IMG/VR virus record: IMGVR_UViG_3300037400_003880
Origin: a virus
Taxonomy: Duplodnaviria; Heunggongvirae; Uroviricota; Caudoviricetes
DNA length: 64,000 nt
Strand: one strand, 5' to 3'
Below are positions 1 through 14,600 of this stretch, piece by piece. The notes beneath the pieces were generated by a model that saw nothing but the letters and a program-made list of their open reading frames with translations, was not told the DNA's origin and searched no databases. The translations under genes were made by a program, and so were the position numbers. Every line of letters begins with the position of its first letter. The first letter of the stretch is position 1.

Positions 1-96
1 GATGCACACGGTAATGTAAGACTGCCTTAGTTATAGAGACTTAATTTTGAATAGGCAGAAGATTTTGTAAAAGCAATAACTTTAAGAACTTGGTAA
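1..96 (+). CDS. 3' end of a gene upstream of the tape measure (probable tail assembly protein), partial
   Basis: Frame 1 is open to TAA at 94-96 if three TAGs are read as Gln; the GGGGTGA RBS of the next gene follows. Confidence 0.5.
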
Positions 97-110
97 AAGG
101 GGTGAATTAA

Positions 111-1844
111 ATGAGTACAAGCACAAATTTCCAATCAAATATTACTTTTAAAGGTAAATTTGATGTAAGTGAAATCCTCGCATCTATTAAATAGATGCGT
201 CAACAAATTTCTCAAACTTCTAATATTGAATTATTGGGAGATTTAGATAAATAGATTAACAAAGTTGAAGGTTTAGGAAAAACAATTTAGGCGCAAATAG
301 GAAAAGGTTTTTCTTCTCAGAAAGAATTCTCCTCTTTTCAATCTAATATAAGCAAAATAGAACTTGAGTTTGAAAAATTAGGTAATAGCTTTGATGACAT
401 AAATGTTGATAATTTAAAGAAATCTTTAAAAGCGGCAGATAAAGATATTAAAGATTTAGAGAGTAAGGCTAAAAAGGCTGCTTAGACTTTTGCCTCAAGT
501 TTTAAAGCAAGCTCTAATAATATTACTGGTGCTGAAAGTATTAAGAAGGAAATTATTGAAGCGGCAAAACAAGGAAAAAGTCTTGAAGAAACCTAGGCTC
601 GTATTAAAGAAATTTATGACAATCAAACCAAAGCCTTAGTCGAATAGAATAAGAAACTTAAATAGCAAAGAGAAACTGCGACAAAAAATCTAATTAATGC
701 TTAGGGGTCTTTTGCAAACGTCGGTCTTAAAGCAACAAACTTTAAAAACTCTAATGGTTCTGAGGTTTCATTGGCATAGTTTGCATAGATAAAAGCAGAG
801 TTTGAAAAAATTACTTCTGAATCAACCAATGCACAAGATGCAATAGATAAATTTAGTAAAGCTTTGGCTAAGAATAAAATTGAATTTAAAAATGCCTCTA
901 TGGTTCAAGGAAATTTTACTTAGGCTATTTCAAACTACGGGACAATGGTAGCTCCAGCAGAAGCTGCGCTGGATGAATTAAATAAATAGATTGGTAATAA
1001 TGAACGTTAGATTTCTAAGTTTGCTACTTAGTAGGTACAAATGTCTACTGCCCTTAATGATGAAGCAGGAAGATATAGAACTGCCGCGGCGGCAGTGAAT
1101 GAATATACTACGGCAAATAATGCATTAAATCAAACAAAACAAAAATTAGGAAATAGTAGTACATAGACTAGCAATGCAATTAATACTCTTAGAGGTTCTA
1201 TGGATGGTGCTGTAACTTCTTTAAGAGAAGGTGCATCAGCAACTGAAGACAGTGTTAATAGTTAGAAAAAAATGAACTCTACTCTTGATTAGTTAAAGAG
1301 TAGGATTGGATATTTGCTTTCTTTTGGTAATGCTTACTATCAATTAAGAAATATTATTAGATAGACTTTCACTGATGTACAAAAACTTGATAAAGCATTT
1401 GCATCAATTGCAATGGTTACTGATAAGACAGTACAAGATTTGTGGAGTACTTATGGTGATTATTCTGAAATGGCTAATCGCCTTGGACAATCTACAGAAT
1501 CTGCAATTAAAGCATCTGCATTATTCTATCAGCAAGGTCTTGACACCGCTGAAGCATTAAGATTAACAGAAGATACTATGAAGCTTGCTACTCTTGCTGG
1601 TGCAGACTTCGAAACTGCAACCTAGTAGATGACTGCCGCACTTCGTGGTTTCCATATGGAAATGGACTAGGGCGCGAAAGTAACAGACGTTTACTCAGAA
1701 TTAGCGGCAAATGCAGCGGCTGACGTAAATGGTATTGCTTATGCAATGAGTAAAACCGCGTCTATTGCAGCTAACGCCGGTATGGATTTTGAAACAACCG
1801 CAGCGTTCCTTACCAATATGATTGAGACTACTCAGGAAGCTCCT
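111..1844 (+). CDS. Tape measure protein, exon 1 (TAG=Gln)
   Basis: RBS plus ATG at 111; no TAA/TGA in frame; many in-frame TAGs; Ala/Lys/Gln-rich helical sequence; TMP-core-like segment ...KTASIAANAGMDFETTAAFLTNMIETTQEAP. Confidence 0.9.
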
Positions 1845-3091
1845 AAACAAAAAGTTAATTGCTTATTTTCTCTGGTAAAATTCTGAAATTTTTATAGTAG
1901 TTATTACAAAAATCTACTTTTTATTAGAAATAAATAAATAGGAGGTTTTATAATGACAAAACAAGAACGAGAAGAAAGAAGAGATAGAGTTGTAGAACTT
2001 TATGTCAGAGAAAATAAAAGTATAAATCAAATTGCAAATGAATTGAAGGTTGATTGGTCAACAATAAAAAGAGATTTAATAAGTCGTAATATTGAAATAT
2101 AGACTACTCGTAATCAATACAATAGTTCAAATGGGATTAATAACAATCTATTCAAAAAGATTGATAGTGCAGATTCTGCATATTGGCTTGGATTTTTATA
2201 TGCAGATGGTTCAATTAGGAAAGATAGGAATGAAATCACTTTGGATTTGTAGGAACAAGATAAAAAGGCAGTAGAAGATTTTCATCATTATTGTAATAAT
2301 AAAAATTCAATTAGAACGCATAATATTACAAAGAATGGAAAGACATATGTTAGTTATGTTTCTGGTTTTTCTAGTGCTTAGGTAAAAGAAAATTTAATTA
2401 ATTTAGGCTGCGTTCCAAAAAAGTCATTAATTCTTACTTTTCCTACTGAATAGCAAGTCCCCCAAGAATTTATTTATGATTTCATTCGCGGATATATTGA
2501 CGGAGATGGATATGTACAATATGATTAGACAAAACATAGATATAGAATTATAATTCTAGGGACTAAAGAATTTTTATAGGGACTTATTCAGCGATTAGGT
2601 CTATTTGAACATTGTTCAATAAATCAAGATAAGAATTCTAATATATATGTATTAACTATATCAAAGAAAGAAAATGTATTTAATCTCTTAGTTAAATTAT
2701 ATGAAAATTCAAAATTTCATTTGCAAAGAAAATTTGAAGTATATGAAAAAGCAAAAATGGGGGTATAATAAGTGATTATTATATGAATTGCATAGAATTG
2801 ACGGGAAACCCCTTAGAGCCTTTACTACTAAACCATACTAGTAATAGTGTAGTGGCGAGAATAATTACCTCGGTATAGTAAAAAAGTAAAGGATTGGGCA
2901 ATCCGCAGCCGAGTCCCATTTTATTAAAATGGAAACAGGTTCAACGACTATCGGGATTAGCTCCGTTAGACCACCAAGTGGGGTCGAAGTAATGCACTTC
3001 TCTTTGAGAAGAAGATATAGTCTGAGCTTATAGGGAAACCTATAGCAGCCTTAGAGGCGGGGTAGATTAACGACCTACTCGAACACAACTG
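1845..3091 (+). mobile_element. Group I intron in the tape measure gene
   Basis: Exon ends in U (CCT) and intron ends in G. Core elements: P AATTGACGGGAA ~2796, Q AATCCGCAGC ~2900, R GTTCAACGACTA ~2939, S AAGATATAGTCT ~3012; GAAA-capped P9. Removal gives continuous TTQEAP|ENIGTAMKTIIARF. Confidence 0.92.
1953..2768 (+). CDS. Intron-encoded double-motif LAGLIDADG homing endonuclease with N-terminal HTH (271 aa, 6 TAG=Gln)
   Basis: GGAGG RBS; motifs SAYWLGFLYADGSI and FIRGYIDGDGYV; ends at TAA. Confidence 0.9.
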
Positions 3092-6000
3092 GAAAACATT
3101 GGTACTGCAATGAAAACCATCATTGCAAGATTTACAGAGTTAAAAGAGAATGTTAGTGAAGCAGATTCTGAATTTGATGATCTTAGTTATAATAAAGTTG
3201 ATGATGCATTAAAGAGTGTTGGAATTAGCTTGAAAGATGCACAAGGACAATTTAGAGATTTGGATGAGGTATTTCTTGAACTAAGTTCTAAGTGGGACAC
3301 TCTTGATAGAAACACATAGAGATATATTGCAACTATTGCAGCAGGTTCTCGTCAGCAATCACGTTTTATTGCGATGATGGAAGATTATGATAGAACTATG
3401 CAATTGGTAGAAGTAGCACAAGATTCTGCTGGACGTAGTGAAGAATAGTTTGCTAAATATTAGGATACTGTTGAGTATAAAATTAATTAGCTAAAAAATA
3501 GTTGGGAACAATTTAGAACTAGTTTAATTGATAGTAATATTTTTAAAGAAGCTATTGATTCTTTAACTGGTTTTGTTTAGGGTATTTAGAAAATAGATTT
3601 TAAAAAGTTAATTCCTATGGCAATTATTGTCGCTCCGTTGGTAAAGAATTTATTTACTACTTTATCTAAAAATTTTTAGAATGCCCATGCATCCATGAGC
3701 AATTTGGGAAGAATCTTTACAGATGGTATAATTACAGGGATGAATGGCGCGGGGTCAAAAATTGCAAAGAAGATTCTCAATATAAATCCTTCTGATTTGA
3801 ATAAAGACGTAGGTGCAATAGAGCAAAAATTATAGGAAATAAATAAGAAAAAAGAAGAAATTTCTCAAAGGAAAGTTAAAATTGAGATTGATCAAATGAC
3901 GCTTCAATAGCTAGAAACTTAGCTAAATTCTCTTGTTGGAAGAAAGGATAAAGAAGCTGAATAGTTAACAGATCAATTAGTAGGAGATATTGAGAAATTA
4001 AGAAGAAAAATGGAAGAAGCAAAACCTACTATGGACAGCTATGACAAAAGTTTAGATGGATTAGAGAAAGAAGCTAGAGAGGCAGACGAATAGTTAAAGA
4101 AATTAAAGTTAGATTAGAAGCGAATTAATAATCTTTCTGGAGCGATAACTTCTGGTTTAGCTTAGGTAGGAACATCATTCTCGTTATTTGCTACGGCTTT
4201 ATTTTCTGGCGCTTCTGCTGCCGATAGTTTTAAACTTGCTTTAGGTTCTTTAGCAACAAGTGGTTTGAATTCTGTTCTTCAATTAGTTCCTTAGCTTATC
4301 ACAAAATATACTCAATTAACTCTTGCAGCATAGGCGACTGCTGCAGCAAATACAGAAGCCGCGGTGGCAGCTAAGGCTGCGGCGGCGGAGGCAGATGTTG
4401 CAATTGCATCGACAGGAGTCGGACTAGCTATTATTGCAATAGCTGCGGCAATTGCTGGATTAGGTTTGGCATTAAATGAATTGTACCAAAATTATAAAGA
4501 AACTCATAAGACACTTGATGAATAGATTGAGGAAGCTGAAGAGCGTCTTAAAGAATTAGAATCTAATGAAAATGAAAAAAAGAATTCTTCTAAAGAAGCT
4601 CAAGAGCAAGTTAAAAATACCGAAGACTTAATATCTAGATATGATGAATTAAGTAGAAAGCTTGTTAAGACAACGGAAGAATAGGAAGAATGGACATAGT
4701 TAATTGCTGATATTAATGAACAATTCCCAGAAATAGTATCTTCTTATGATGAAGCAAATGGGAAGATTAGTATATAGAGAGACTTATGGCAAGATATTGT
4801 TGATTTGCAGAAAGAAGCTGCCCAAGACGCTGCCCAAGAATCATTAATTGCAACTGCGGCAACAATTGGTCAAAAGAGAAGAAATGCGTAGTTATCATAC
4901 GCTTAGGCTGTAGATAAAGCTAATGGAGATTATGGCCTTAGTGAGACAAATACTTTAAATCGAAATTTTTATAATGAATTAATAAGCAAAGCTTCTTTTG
5001 ATATAGGGAAAAAAGATTATGAAAAGATAATTAGAGATGCAGCATCTGCGTAGGGCGTTGACTTAGAAAAAATAAATATTGCTTTTGGAAAAATTGGACT
5101 GACTTCAAATGAAGAATGGGAAAGATATTATAATGAATTAATAGATAGGAACTCAGATGGATGGGACACTGTAAATAGAGAAATAGAAAACATTTCCTCC
5201 TCCGCAGAGGAAACCTATTAGAAACAAATAGAATATTACAATGAACTAGAAAAGTAGAGTATTTCATCTTATTTATAGACTGGCGGAACTGAAAAAGGAG
5301 TCGCAGATTTAATTGCCTCTGGTGCAGCAGCTTATAAAACTAGAAATGTTAATTAGTTTAATTTAAATACCGTGGCAACTGCGGATGAAATTTATAATTC
5401 AAGCGGGTCTGTGGAAAGAACTACTTTGAAAGCTGCAACAGCAGGCATTTCTGAAGCATTTTTTGTCTCAATAAAAACAATGCAGACAAATGATTATCAA
5501 GAATGGAAAAAATTAAGTTCAGACTAGAAGAAGATTCTTAAAAGTATGGGATATGAAAATGAGTAGGCTTGGGAAGAGGCAAGAAAAGATTTAGCTGATG
5601 ATACTAATTTTGCAAAAGAATATGCAGAAGCTGCTTATATGTATAATGCAGAAAAAATAGCAAAAACATTAGATGAAAATCTCAGTTAGGCGCAGCAAGT
5701 TTTTATTAATGACTATATGACTAATTACACTACTATGACATAGAGTGAGATGGAATTTGCTCAAAAAACTATTCAAGGATATATTGATTCAATTGGAAAT
5801 GATGAAGATAGAAAAGTTTTACAAGAAGGATTAAATAACTGGGAAAAATAGTTCAAGGAAGAAAAACAAGAAATAGCTTCGCGTGTAAATAATTTTTTAG
5901 ATAATAATGTAAATGATTTTACTAATTGGACTATTGAATAGTTGTAGGCTTATGATACTTTAATTCAAAATGCAATTGATAGACTTGGAGCTGGAGCTGG

Positions 6001-8977
6001 AAAAGTTTATTCACAAGAAGTATACTCTTTATTTGATGATAAAAATCTTTCACCTAATTAGATTAATCAAGCATTAAATTCAATTGCTTGGGATTCTGCA
6101 ACAGGAATTAATTGGAATGATTTTAGAGAAAGTAGTATAGCGACCCTAAGAGAGCTAGGTATAGCAGGAGCGGAAGCATTCTTTGATCAGTGGGCAAAAG
6201 TTGAGCGTAAATATGGAAATTTATCTACTACACTTATTGGTGAATAGGTTACTGAATATTTAGATAATGTTAAAAAGATTACTGATGCAATCACCTCAAA
6301 TAGATCTGATATTGCTGAATTAAGCGCGAAAGTAAATTAGGGAATGTCTCTTGATTTTGATGAATATCAAAAATATTCTAAAGCTATTGAAGAAATGGGG
6401 CTTTCTGTTGAAGACTATTTATCAATAGATAAAAAAGGAAATATTGTTGCTAATACTAAAAATATAACTGATTTATTTGATGAAGCATATAAAAAGTAGA
6501 TTAAAGATATTGAAGACCAAATAAGTATGTTAGATGAAGAAGAAAAATCAAGAGAAAGCTAGCTTCAAGCACAATATGAATTAAATGTAGCTGAAATTAA
6601 TCATAATAAAATTTTGGAAGAAGGCGTGCGTTTATCTTTAGCTCAAGAAGAATCGGCATGGAGACAAGCAAGATACAAGGCTGAAACAAGAGGAGATTGG
6701 AACGAAGTAGACCATGCAGAAGCAGAAATAGGAAGAATTAACAAGCGTATGACAGAAAGTCTCCAAAAAAATTGGGATGAATAGCTTGCTGATGAAAAAA
6801 CTCGACTCAATGAAGCACTAGTTGCAAATCACGAGTCAAGAGTTAGCAGCGAAAAACAACTTAATGAGAGAGTAGGGCAACTTAGAAAAGAACATTTGGC
6901 TAATTTAAAAGTATATGATAAAGAGTTTGCAGAAGATACAAAAAAGTTAATAGATGATGAAAAAAAGAAAGTGGATGATGCAGCAAAAGCAGTAGACGAT
7001 GCTCAAAAGAAAGTTAAAGACGCATTAGAAAAAATTGCGAAGGCTGAGCAAGATGTAATTGATAAAACAAATGAATTGAATGAGGCTCTATATGGAGATC
7101 CTCTACATAAGAATAAACTTGATCCACTTTATAATTACAATACTCAACTAGAGCAATTTACTAAAAATGCCACTAGAGCAAAAGAAGCACTTTCAAAGAT
7201 GTAGCCTGGTGACGATGCTAGGTCATTAATTAATGATTTCTTAACAAATACTCATGGAGAACTAGTTAATAGACGTTCTCAAAATGAAGTTATAGCTGCA
7301 TCTATTGCTAATTATCAAGCTGATTTAACTTCAAGATTATCTGCTGAACTTGCTAGTATGAATGCTCGTTATGGAGCAAGCATTAGCACTAATACTTCTG
7401 ATTACATCTATTAGAATGGTAATCGAGTTGGTATTAATTTCTAGGCATTAAATGCAGCGAAACTTCCTGATTCTATTTCAGATTACGTAGAAGAAACAGT
7501 TGAAACAATTAATAAATTGCAAGATTAGATAGATGATAATGTTGATGAAATTAAAAAGAAAGAGCAAGAATTAAGAGATATGAGGAAAGATGCGCTTGAG
7601 AGAAGAAAATCTCTTGAGGATGAAGTTGTTAAGACATTACAAGAAAAAGCAAAAGAAGAAATTGATACTTAGAAAGATAAGTATGATGCATTGAAAGATG
7701 CTGATAATGATTATCTTGATGCTTTAGAAGATGCGATAAAAAGAGAAAGAGATTTAAGGAATAAAGCGAATGAATGGGATAGCTTAGCCACAAAAGAAAA
7801 GAAACTTTCTCTTATTCAAAGAGACACTTCTGGTGCGAATGAAAAAGAAGTTATGAAGCTTGAAAATGAAGTTCAGAATGATAGAGAAAAATTGTTAGAT
7901 GAAAGTATTGACGATATTATTAATGGCATGAAAGAGATGTATGAACTTCAGCAGGAAAGTAGAGAAATTGAAATTGAATACCAAGAAGCGATGCTTGAAA
8001 ATGCTGACACAATTAAAGCTGCTACAGCGATAATCGAGGGATGGCATACAAGTGATGATTTGGTAGCTTGGTTTGTTGAGAATGCTACTAAGGAGTTTAC
8101 TGAAGGCTCAGAAACTACAAAAGAAATTATGATTACCGAATGGCAAGAAACTGGCGACCAGATGGTCGCAGATACAGAACTTCTTCAAACAGATATTATG
8201 TCCGCGGCAGAGGTTACTTAGGAGCAGATTACTACTAATATCTATAATACAAGTGAGATATTAACTTCACAATCTCAACTTACTCTTGATACAGTGTTAG
8301 CTTCTACTAATGATGCTATTTAGAAGGGGCAACAGGCATTGGCTGATGCAATTGCTAGCGTTTAGGCGGCGAGAGATGAATATTCTGAAGCTATTGCAGC
8401 ATTAAGAGAAGCAGAAGATGCAGCAAGGTAGGCGCAGGCTGATGCCGAGGCAATGCGACAATCATTGGAGTAGCAATCTGTGGGAACACCGGTATCAGCA
8501 GGGTTATCCTCTTTCGCTACTAGTGCTTTTGGACCAATAGGATCTGAAGTATTGAAGCTTGGTGATCATTAGGCTGTAAAGGATGAACTTGCTCGCATTA
8601 TTAATGCAGGTCATTATTCTGATCAAGAACGCGCAGCATTGAGAAATTAGTTGTCTCATTATGCATCCGGTGGCTTAGTAGACTATACCGGTCCTGCTTG
8701 GGTAGATGGTACGCCGTCTCGACCGGAAGCTTTCTTATCCGCAGAAGATACTCAACGTATAGGTGAAGCGGCATAGCTACTTGCTGACTTGCCAATCTTC
8801 AGCGGCGACTCATTCAATAGTACGTCGATAACTAATGGAGATAGCTTAATCGAAGTTCACATTAATATAGAGAACATTGCTAGTGATGTAGACCTTGATA
8901 ATGCTCTTGATAAGATGAAGAGTGCAATTTGGGAGGCTGCAAATCCAGCAGGCTCATCAGTTATATTAAGCAAATAA
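3092..8977 (+). CDS. Tape measure protein, exon 2 (spliced product ~2539 aa)
   Basis: Track ORFs 3110, 6896, 7691 and 8789 share one frame and are separated by TAG in the stretches I read; C-terminal HYASGGLVDYTGPAWVDGTPSRPEAFL motif typical of TMP ends. Confidence 0.9.
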
Positions 8978-8982
8978 AAAGG

Positions 8983-9006
8983 AAGAGCCTTCTCATGAAG
9001 GCTCTT
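8983..9006 (+). terminator. Hairpin after the tape measure gene (terminator or RNA-stability element)
   Basis: AAGAGCCTTC-TCAT-GAAGGCTCTT perfect 10-bp stem; weak U-tail on +. Confidence 0.45.
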
Positions 9007-9031
9007 ACCTCAATTTTCGAGGTGAGATTAA

Positions 9032-11608
9032 ATGAAAAATTTTACTGGATTCCGTTTTGGGCAAATTCATTCAGAGGATTTGCATTTAGTAGTAATAAGT
9101 TCAAATAGTAGATATGTAAAGAATACTCAACCGGGAATTAAGGATTACACAACAGAAGTTCCTGGAGGTAATGGCTCTTATCTATTTGGTCAGACTTTTT
9201 CTACTTAGGAGTTTAGTATTAGTATTGCTTTTGATGAAGTAGATGAAAAAACATGGAGAAAAATTTCCAATTTATTCTCTACTGATAAACCACAAGACTT
9301 GGTTTTTAATGAGAATCCATATAAAACATATAGGGCAAAATTGAAGTCAAAACCTGATTTTAAAACCCTATGCTTTACTGATAGACATACTGGAGAAAGA
9401 ACTTATAAAGGCGAAGGTACTCTTAACTTTATTTGTTATTTTCCTTTTGCCTTCGGATTTAATAAATATATTGTTCGCGCGGCAGACTATTATAATTGTA
9501 TGATGCCGGAGACAATTATTAAGCATAATAGAGATCCTTATTCAGATAACCTTCCAAAATTTATTGAGCCAACAATTAAAAAACATTATAATGTAGAGCC
9601 TAATATGAGGACTCCTTGGAAGGGCGGCTACCCTTCAATTGAACAGGTTCAAGGCGGAGAATTATATTTTAATAACCCGGAAACTAATCAAAAAGAAATG
9701 ATTGATGTAAGGAAATATTTTAGCAATATTCCTGAATGGTAGTGCGCGGCGCAACTTTTAGTTTCACCAACTTTAGACTTCGACAGAGAACTTATTTATA
9801 TGCCTCAATATAGTAAAACTAATTATTATAATATGGACACTGGATTAAATAGATAGAATGGTGTTATTGGGAGTAGGATTTTAGTCTACAATCCTGGAGA
9901 CTTGCCAATTGATTTTGAAATTAAATTGGGCAATCTTGTCTCTCAATATCGTGCAAATATGAGAGACGGAGAAAATTATACATTTAGAATTAGTCGTTAT
10001 AATGTGTAGCGTTTAACTATTGAATAGGCTGTAGATTGGTGTGGAATGAAGACTTATGATTAGCTTGATGAAGAAAAGTATAAGTATGGAAATAGATATT
10101 TTACATTACTTTAGAGCAAAGTAAGTAATATTGGAAAAGACTGGACAAAAGATAATAAAGATTGGGATTATAGAATACAATCTCAATTGTTAGGAAAAAC
10201 TCATCCTCGACACGCATATTATGTTGAACCAATTCCGAGAGAAAAATTAGGAGATTTTATTCGTTTGTTTTATTGGCAGAGTAATCATATTGATGATCCA
10301 AAAGGATTTACGGCAGAACCTCTTAATTGGGAAAAAGGTAAGGAAATAGCAAATAGATATGAAGAGTTGTGCAATTTATGTATTGATGATGAAGAACGTT
10401 TTGAGCTGTATTGGAAAACTTTAAAAGAAGGAATTCTTGATTGCTATAAAGAAGTTAATGAAATAATGCTTTATGGTGGAGGTAATTTAAATAATTTTAG
10501 ATTTTTTAATGCAGATGAAGACGAAGGATAGACTTATACTTATAATGATTTTGTTAATGATTATATTAACCAGCCTTCTGAATATATCCGCTAGATAAAT
10601 GATTTAAACTATGGAGAATTTATATTTAATATTGCAAACTATCCACAATATTATACTTATGATTATCTTGATATTACTAGTTAGGATTTTGATAAAATTT
10701 AGGGGTGCGGCTGCGGTTGTGATATTCATAGGCATGAAAATGCGAATGAATCAACTATTAAACCTCTTTTCATTGACTCTGAGAAAAGAATGGTGTATAA
10801 TTTAAATGATCCAGAATGGGGAGAAATTAAAAAAGAAGGTATCCCATCTGAATGGCTTATAAATAATGAAGACAAAATGAAAAACTTCTTTCATTATAAA
10901 CCAGAAAAGAAAATCTTTAATGATAATATTAAGCAAGGGCATTGGTTCAAATTACCACCAGGATGGTCATTAATAGATATATCACCAGTAGTTAATGAAG
11001 ATAAGTGGGGCGGCAAACGCTGGTTGGATGCAAGACCTTTTATCTGGGGAAATAGGGATGAATATTTTAAGACTCATTTTGATTCAGTTTATCATGAGGC
11101 TGCAAAAGATTATCTTATTAGTGAATGTCCTCTGAATATGTTATAGAAGAAATGGGAGACTGATAATGGAGAGGTTATCGACTTTTTCTCTCAATATGAT
11201 GAAGACACTTATGAGAATAGACAAGAATTCTTTTCTGAATTGCCTTTATCAGACTTAGAAAACTATTTATAGTTTAAACGTTGGTATGTTGGAGATGAAG
11301 ATTAGAATACGGATATTGCTAAAAATTATGATGCAGCATCAAAGACTGAGTTTGCTTATAATTTAGAAAATTTTGGACACTAGGTTTCTAAAAAAAGAAT
11401 TGAAAATGCGGAGATTAACTTCTTGAAAAAGCTTGATGAATATTGGAGAATAAATACTCCTGACATAAATGGCAATCCTGATGGTTCAATAGATGATTGG
11501 TGGTGGTTTGCAAATAGCTATATTTGGGCGAACTTTCCTCCGGTATATTGGGCTTATGCGGACTTATTAAATTCTGCTTAGATTAAATACACGCCATTAT
11601 TTTATTAA
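9032..11608 (+). CDS. Distal tail (Dit)-like / baseplate hub protein with insertions (858 aa, TAG=Gln)
   Basis: Directly follows the TMP; N-terminus FTGFRFGQIHSEDLHL..EVPGGNGSY; VYNPGDLPIDFEI; ends KYTPLFY-TAA; one frame throughout. Confidence 0.75.
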
Positions 11609-11620
11609 GAGGTGAGAAAG

Positions 11621-14600
11621 GTGAGTATTCAGAAGAAAGAATACGAATTGAGTGTTTGGAGTGAAACACTTGGAGAAAATGGATAGAAGATTGAACACAA
11701 AGAATATATTATCGGCGCCCATGATATGGATTATCTTGGGCGCGCGACCAATATAAAATTAATAAAGAAAATTAATGGAACTCATAGTTTAACTTTTTAG
11801 CTACCAGATAAATGGTATGATAGTGAAAAAGGGGACTATGTAAAGAATGAATTCGTAGAATAGCTTTTTAATGAAAAAAAAGTTAAATTATATTACATGG
11901 ATGAGTGGTATGAGTTTTATATTAAGAATGTTCAAGATACTAAACAATTTAAATCTTATATGAAAACTTATACCTGTTCTGACGCTTTTATTGACGAACT
12001 TAGTAGGAATGGGTACGGAATTACTTTTGATGAAGAACTTTATAATAATGTTGAAGAAATTGGGACTTTTTCAGAAGAAATTTTAAAAGATAGCATTTGG
12101 CATTATGCTCCCTAGAACAATTGGGGAGATTTTACTGAATACTTAGAAGAAAAATTATATCGTATTCCAATTTCTTAGTTTGGTGGGAGAATTTCTGGAT
12201 ATGAATTAAAATATAATATTGAAGAAGTTGAGGATAAAGATAAATTTATTATTAATAGATTTACAAAAGAAAAGAGAAATATTGAAATGGGTGATGATTT
12301 AGCTTCGGGGAAATACTTTTGGGACTAGTATAAAGATGAAAATGGTCAAGTGAAAAATAGTTTAATGAAGGAATATATTGAATCAATTCCAAATGATGGA
12401 TATATTTATGTATTTTATTCTGATTTAGACTTTTGTTTTTAGACCACAAAAACAGAATTGACTGCAACGGAAGAGGTTTAGTTTTATGATCAATATTCTT
12501 ATGCATTAGCACCAAAAACTGTTGATCCAAACTCATTAATCCAATTCATGTGCTTCCCTGAAAATGCTATTATTGAAGTTGATGAAGCAGGGATGATAGT
12601 TAATAAAGATTATCATTATGTAATGACAGTTGATTAGTGGAATACAAATTTAGAAAATAATTCAAAATATTTTTATCAATTTGAAAATTTAAATAATACA
12701 AAAGATAAAAACTTTTTAGATAGAGGGTCTGCATTGGAATTATCCAAAGCCGAACGTCAAATTTCTGGAAACTGGTGTGTTTATTATGAAGATTATCTAT
12801 CAAATATTGGCCCGACAGAAGTTTTAACAGGGAAAAAGATTTCTATAACAAATAGAACTGAAATCAATATTACGAAAGATATTGATTAGTATGTCACTGT
12901 ATATAATAATAGATATAATGATGAGAATTATATAGATAATTATGTTAATATCGACGGTAAGTGGATTAATGATGACAATAATATTGATTATAGAGTTTGT
13001 TCTAAGACTAATACTAGATAGATTGTTCCACAATTAGCAAAAAATTTGTTAACAAATGCGAATAATATTAAATCGACAGATGGCTGGATAGTTGCAGCAA
13101 TTCCAAATAGTTCTAATTTAACGAGTTCAATAATTAAATATAATCAAGTAGAGAAACAGGATGGAGTATATGAAGGATCTCTAAAATTAATTCCAACAAA
13201 AACTGATGAAGAAAAATATAATACTTTTATTAATTTTGGTCTTGTAGGTCAAAAATATACAATTAAAAAAGATAAAATTTATTGTATCGGTATTAAAGGA
13301 GAAGGATTTGATTTATCTAATGATAAAATAATTATAGGAACTGGTTCTATTAAAGGAGAAGGAGAATATTTTATTAATTCTGATGTTATTATTCCTATTT
13401 ATAATTTATGTCAACAGAATGAGCGCTATTGTTTTATTCAATTTAGTAAAACAATAGAGAATCCATATTTTGCAATTATTTTAAGTTAGAGAAATGATAA
13501 TCCAGATAGAACTGTTTATAAAGCAGAATTTTTTGAAGCGTATACAAAGGGCATTGATCAATTTAATGATATTAATGATTCTCTTTCTTTAATGTACAAA
13601 TATAGTGGAAGAGAATTATTTGATAAAAATATTACTTGGAATGTAGAAGAATCAAAAAATATTGGTGAAGCAAAAATTAGTATTAACCTTTCTTCTGAAG
13701 ATATGAGAAGGAGAGTTATTTTTGAAGATGATATAATGCCTGGAGATACCTATGGTTTTCAAGAGTATTTTATCCAGCAGATTTAGGCAACAAATGGGAA
13801 AGAAGAAAGAATTTCAGATACTTTTAAATCAAAAGAATTTTTATCTCCATATGGTAATTTAAGTGAAAATCAATTGCCATACAGTTCAGAAATTTTTACA
13901 GAAGATGATTTAATTGTTTCTACAAAATATATTAATTTAAACAAATGTAAATTTTATAATGGTAATAACTAGGTTAAAGAGTGCGATTGTTGCTATGGAG
14001 CATAGGATGGAAAAGCAGAAAAAATGTGTATGTATTAGAAATATGGATATTGTCCTTATTTATTTTAGACAGAAAAACATTGTAGGAAAATAAGAACATT
14101 AAAAGGAGAAAAATCTAATAGATTTAATTTAACCTAGGAGCTTGGAAAAGTTTTTTAGAATTATCCTGTTTACTATACAGAGTATGAAGAGAATGGGAAG
14201 ATAAAGAAGAGAAAGGATAAAGAAAATGAATTAGTAAAAGATTTATTTTTTATTACAGAAAAAGGCGTAGAAAATAAAATTGGCTTCAGATATGAAAAAA
14301 ATTTATCTAATATTACAAGAACAATAAAGAGCGATTAGATTGTTACTAAACTTTATGTGCAAGATGTTGATAGCGAGATTTCAAAAACAGGTTTGTGTTC
14401 TATTAAAACAGCAGAAGATAATCCTTCTAAAGATAGTTTTATTATAGATTTTTCTTATTATATCGCAAAAGGAATTCTTAATGAATAGAAAACTAAAGAA
14501 GATTTATATGGAGTAAAAGAAGGAGACTTCGGATATTTAAAATAGCTTGGATATTATAATACTCAATATGATAAGTTAAGTGATTTAATTATCAATTTAT

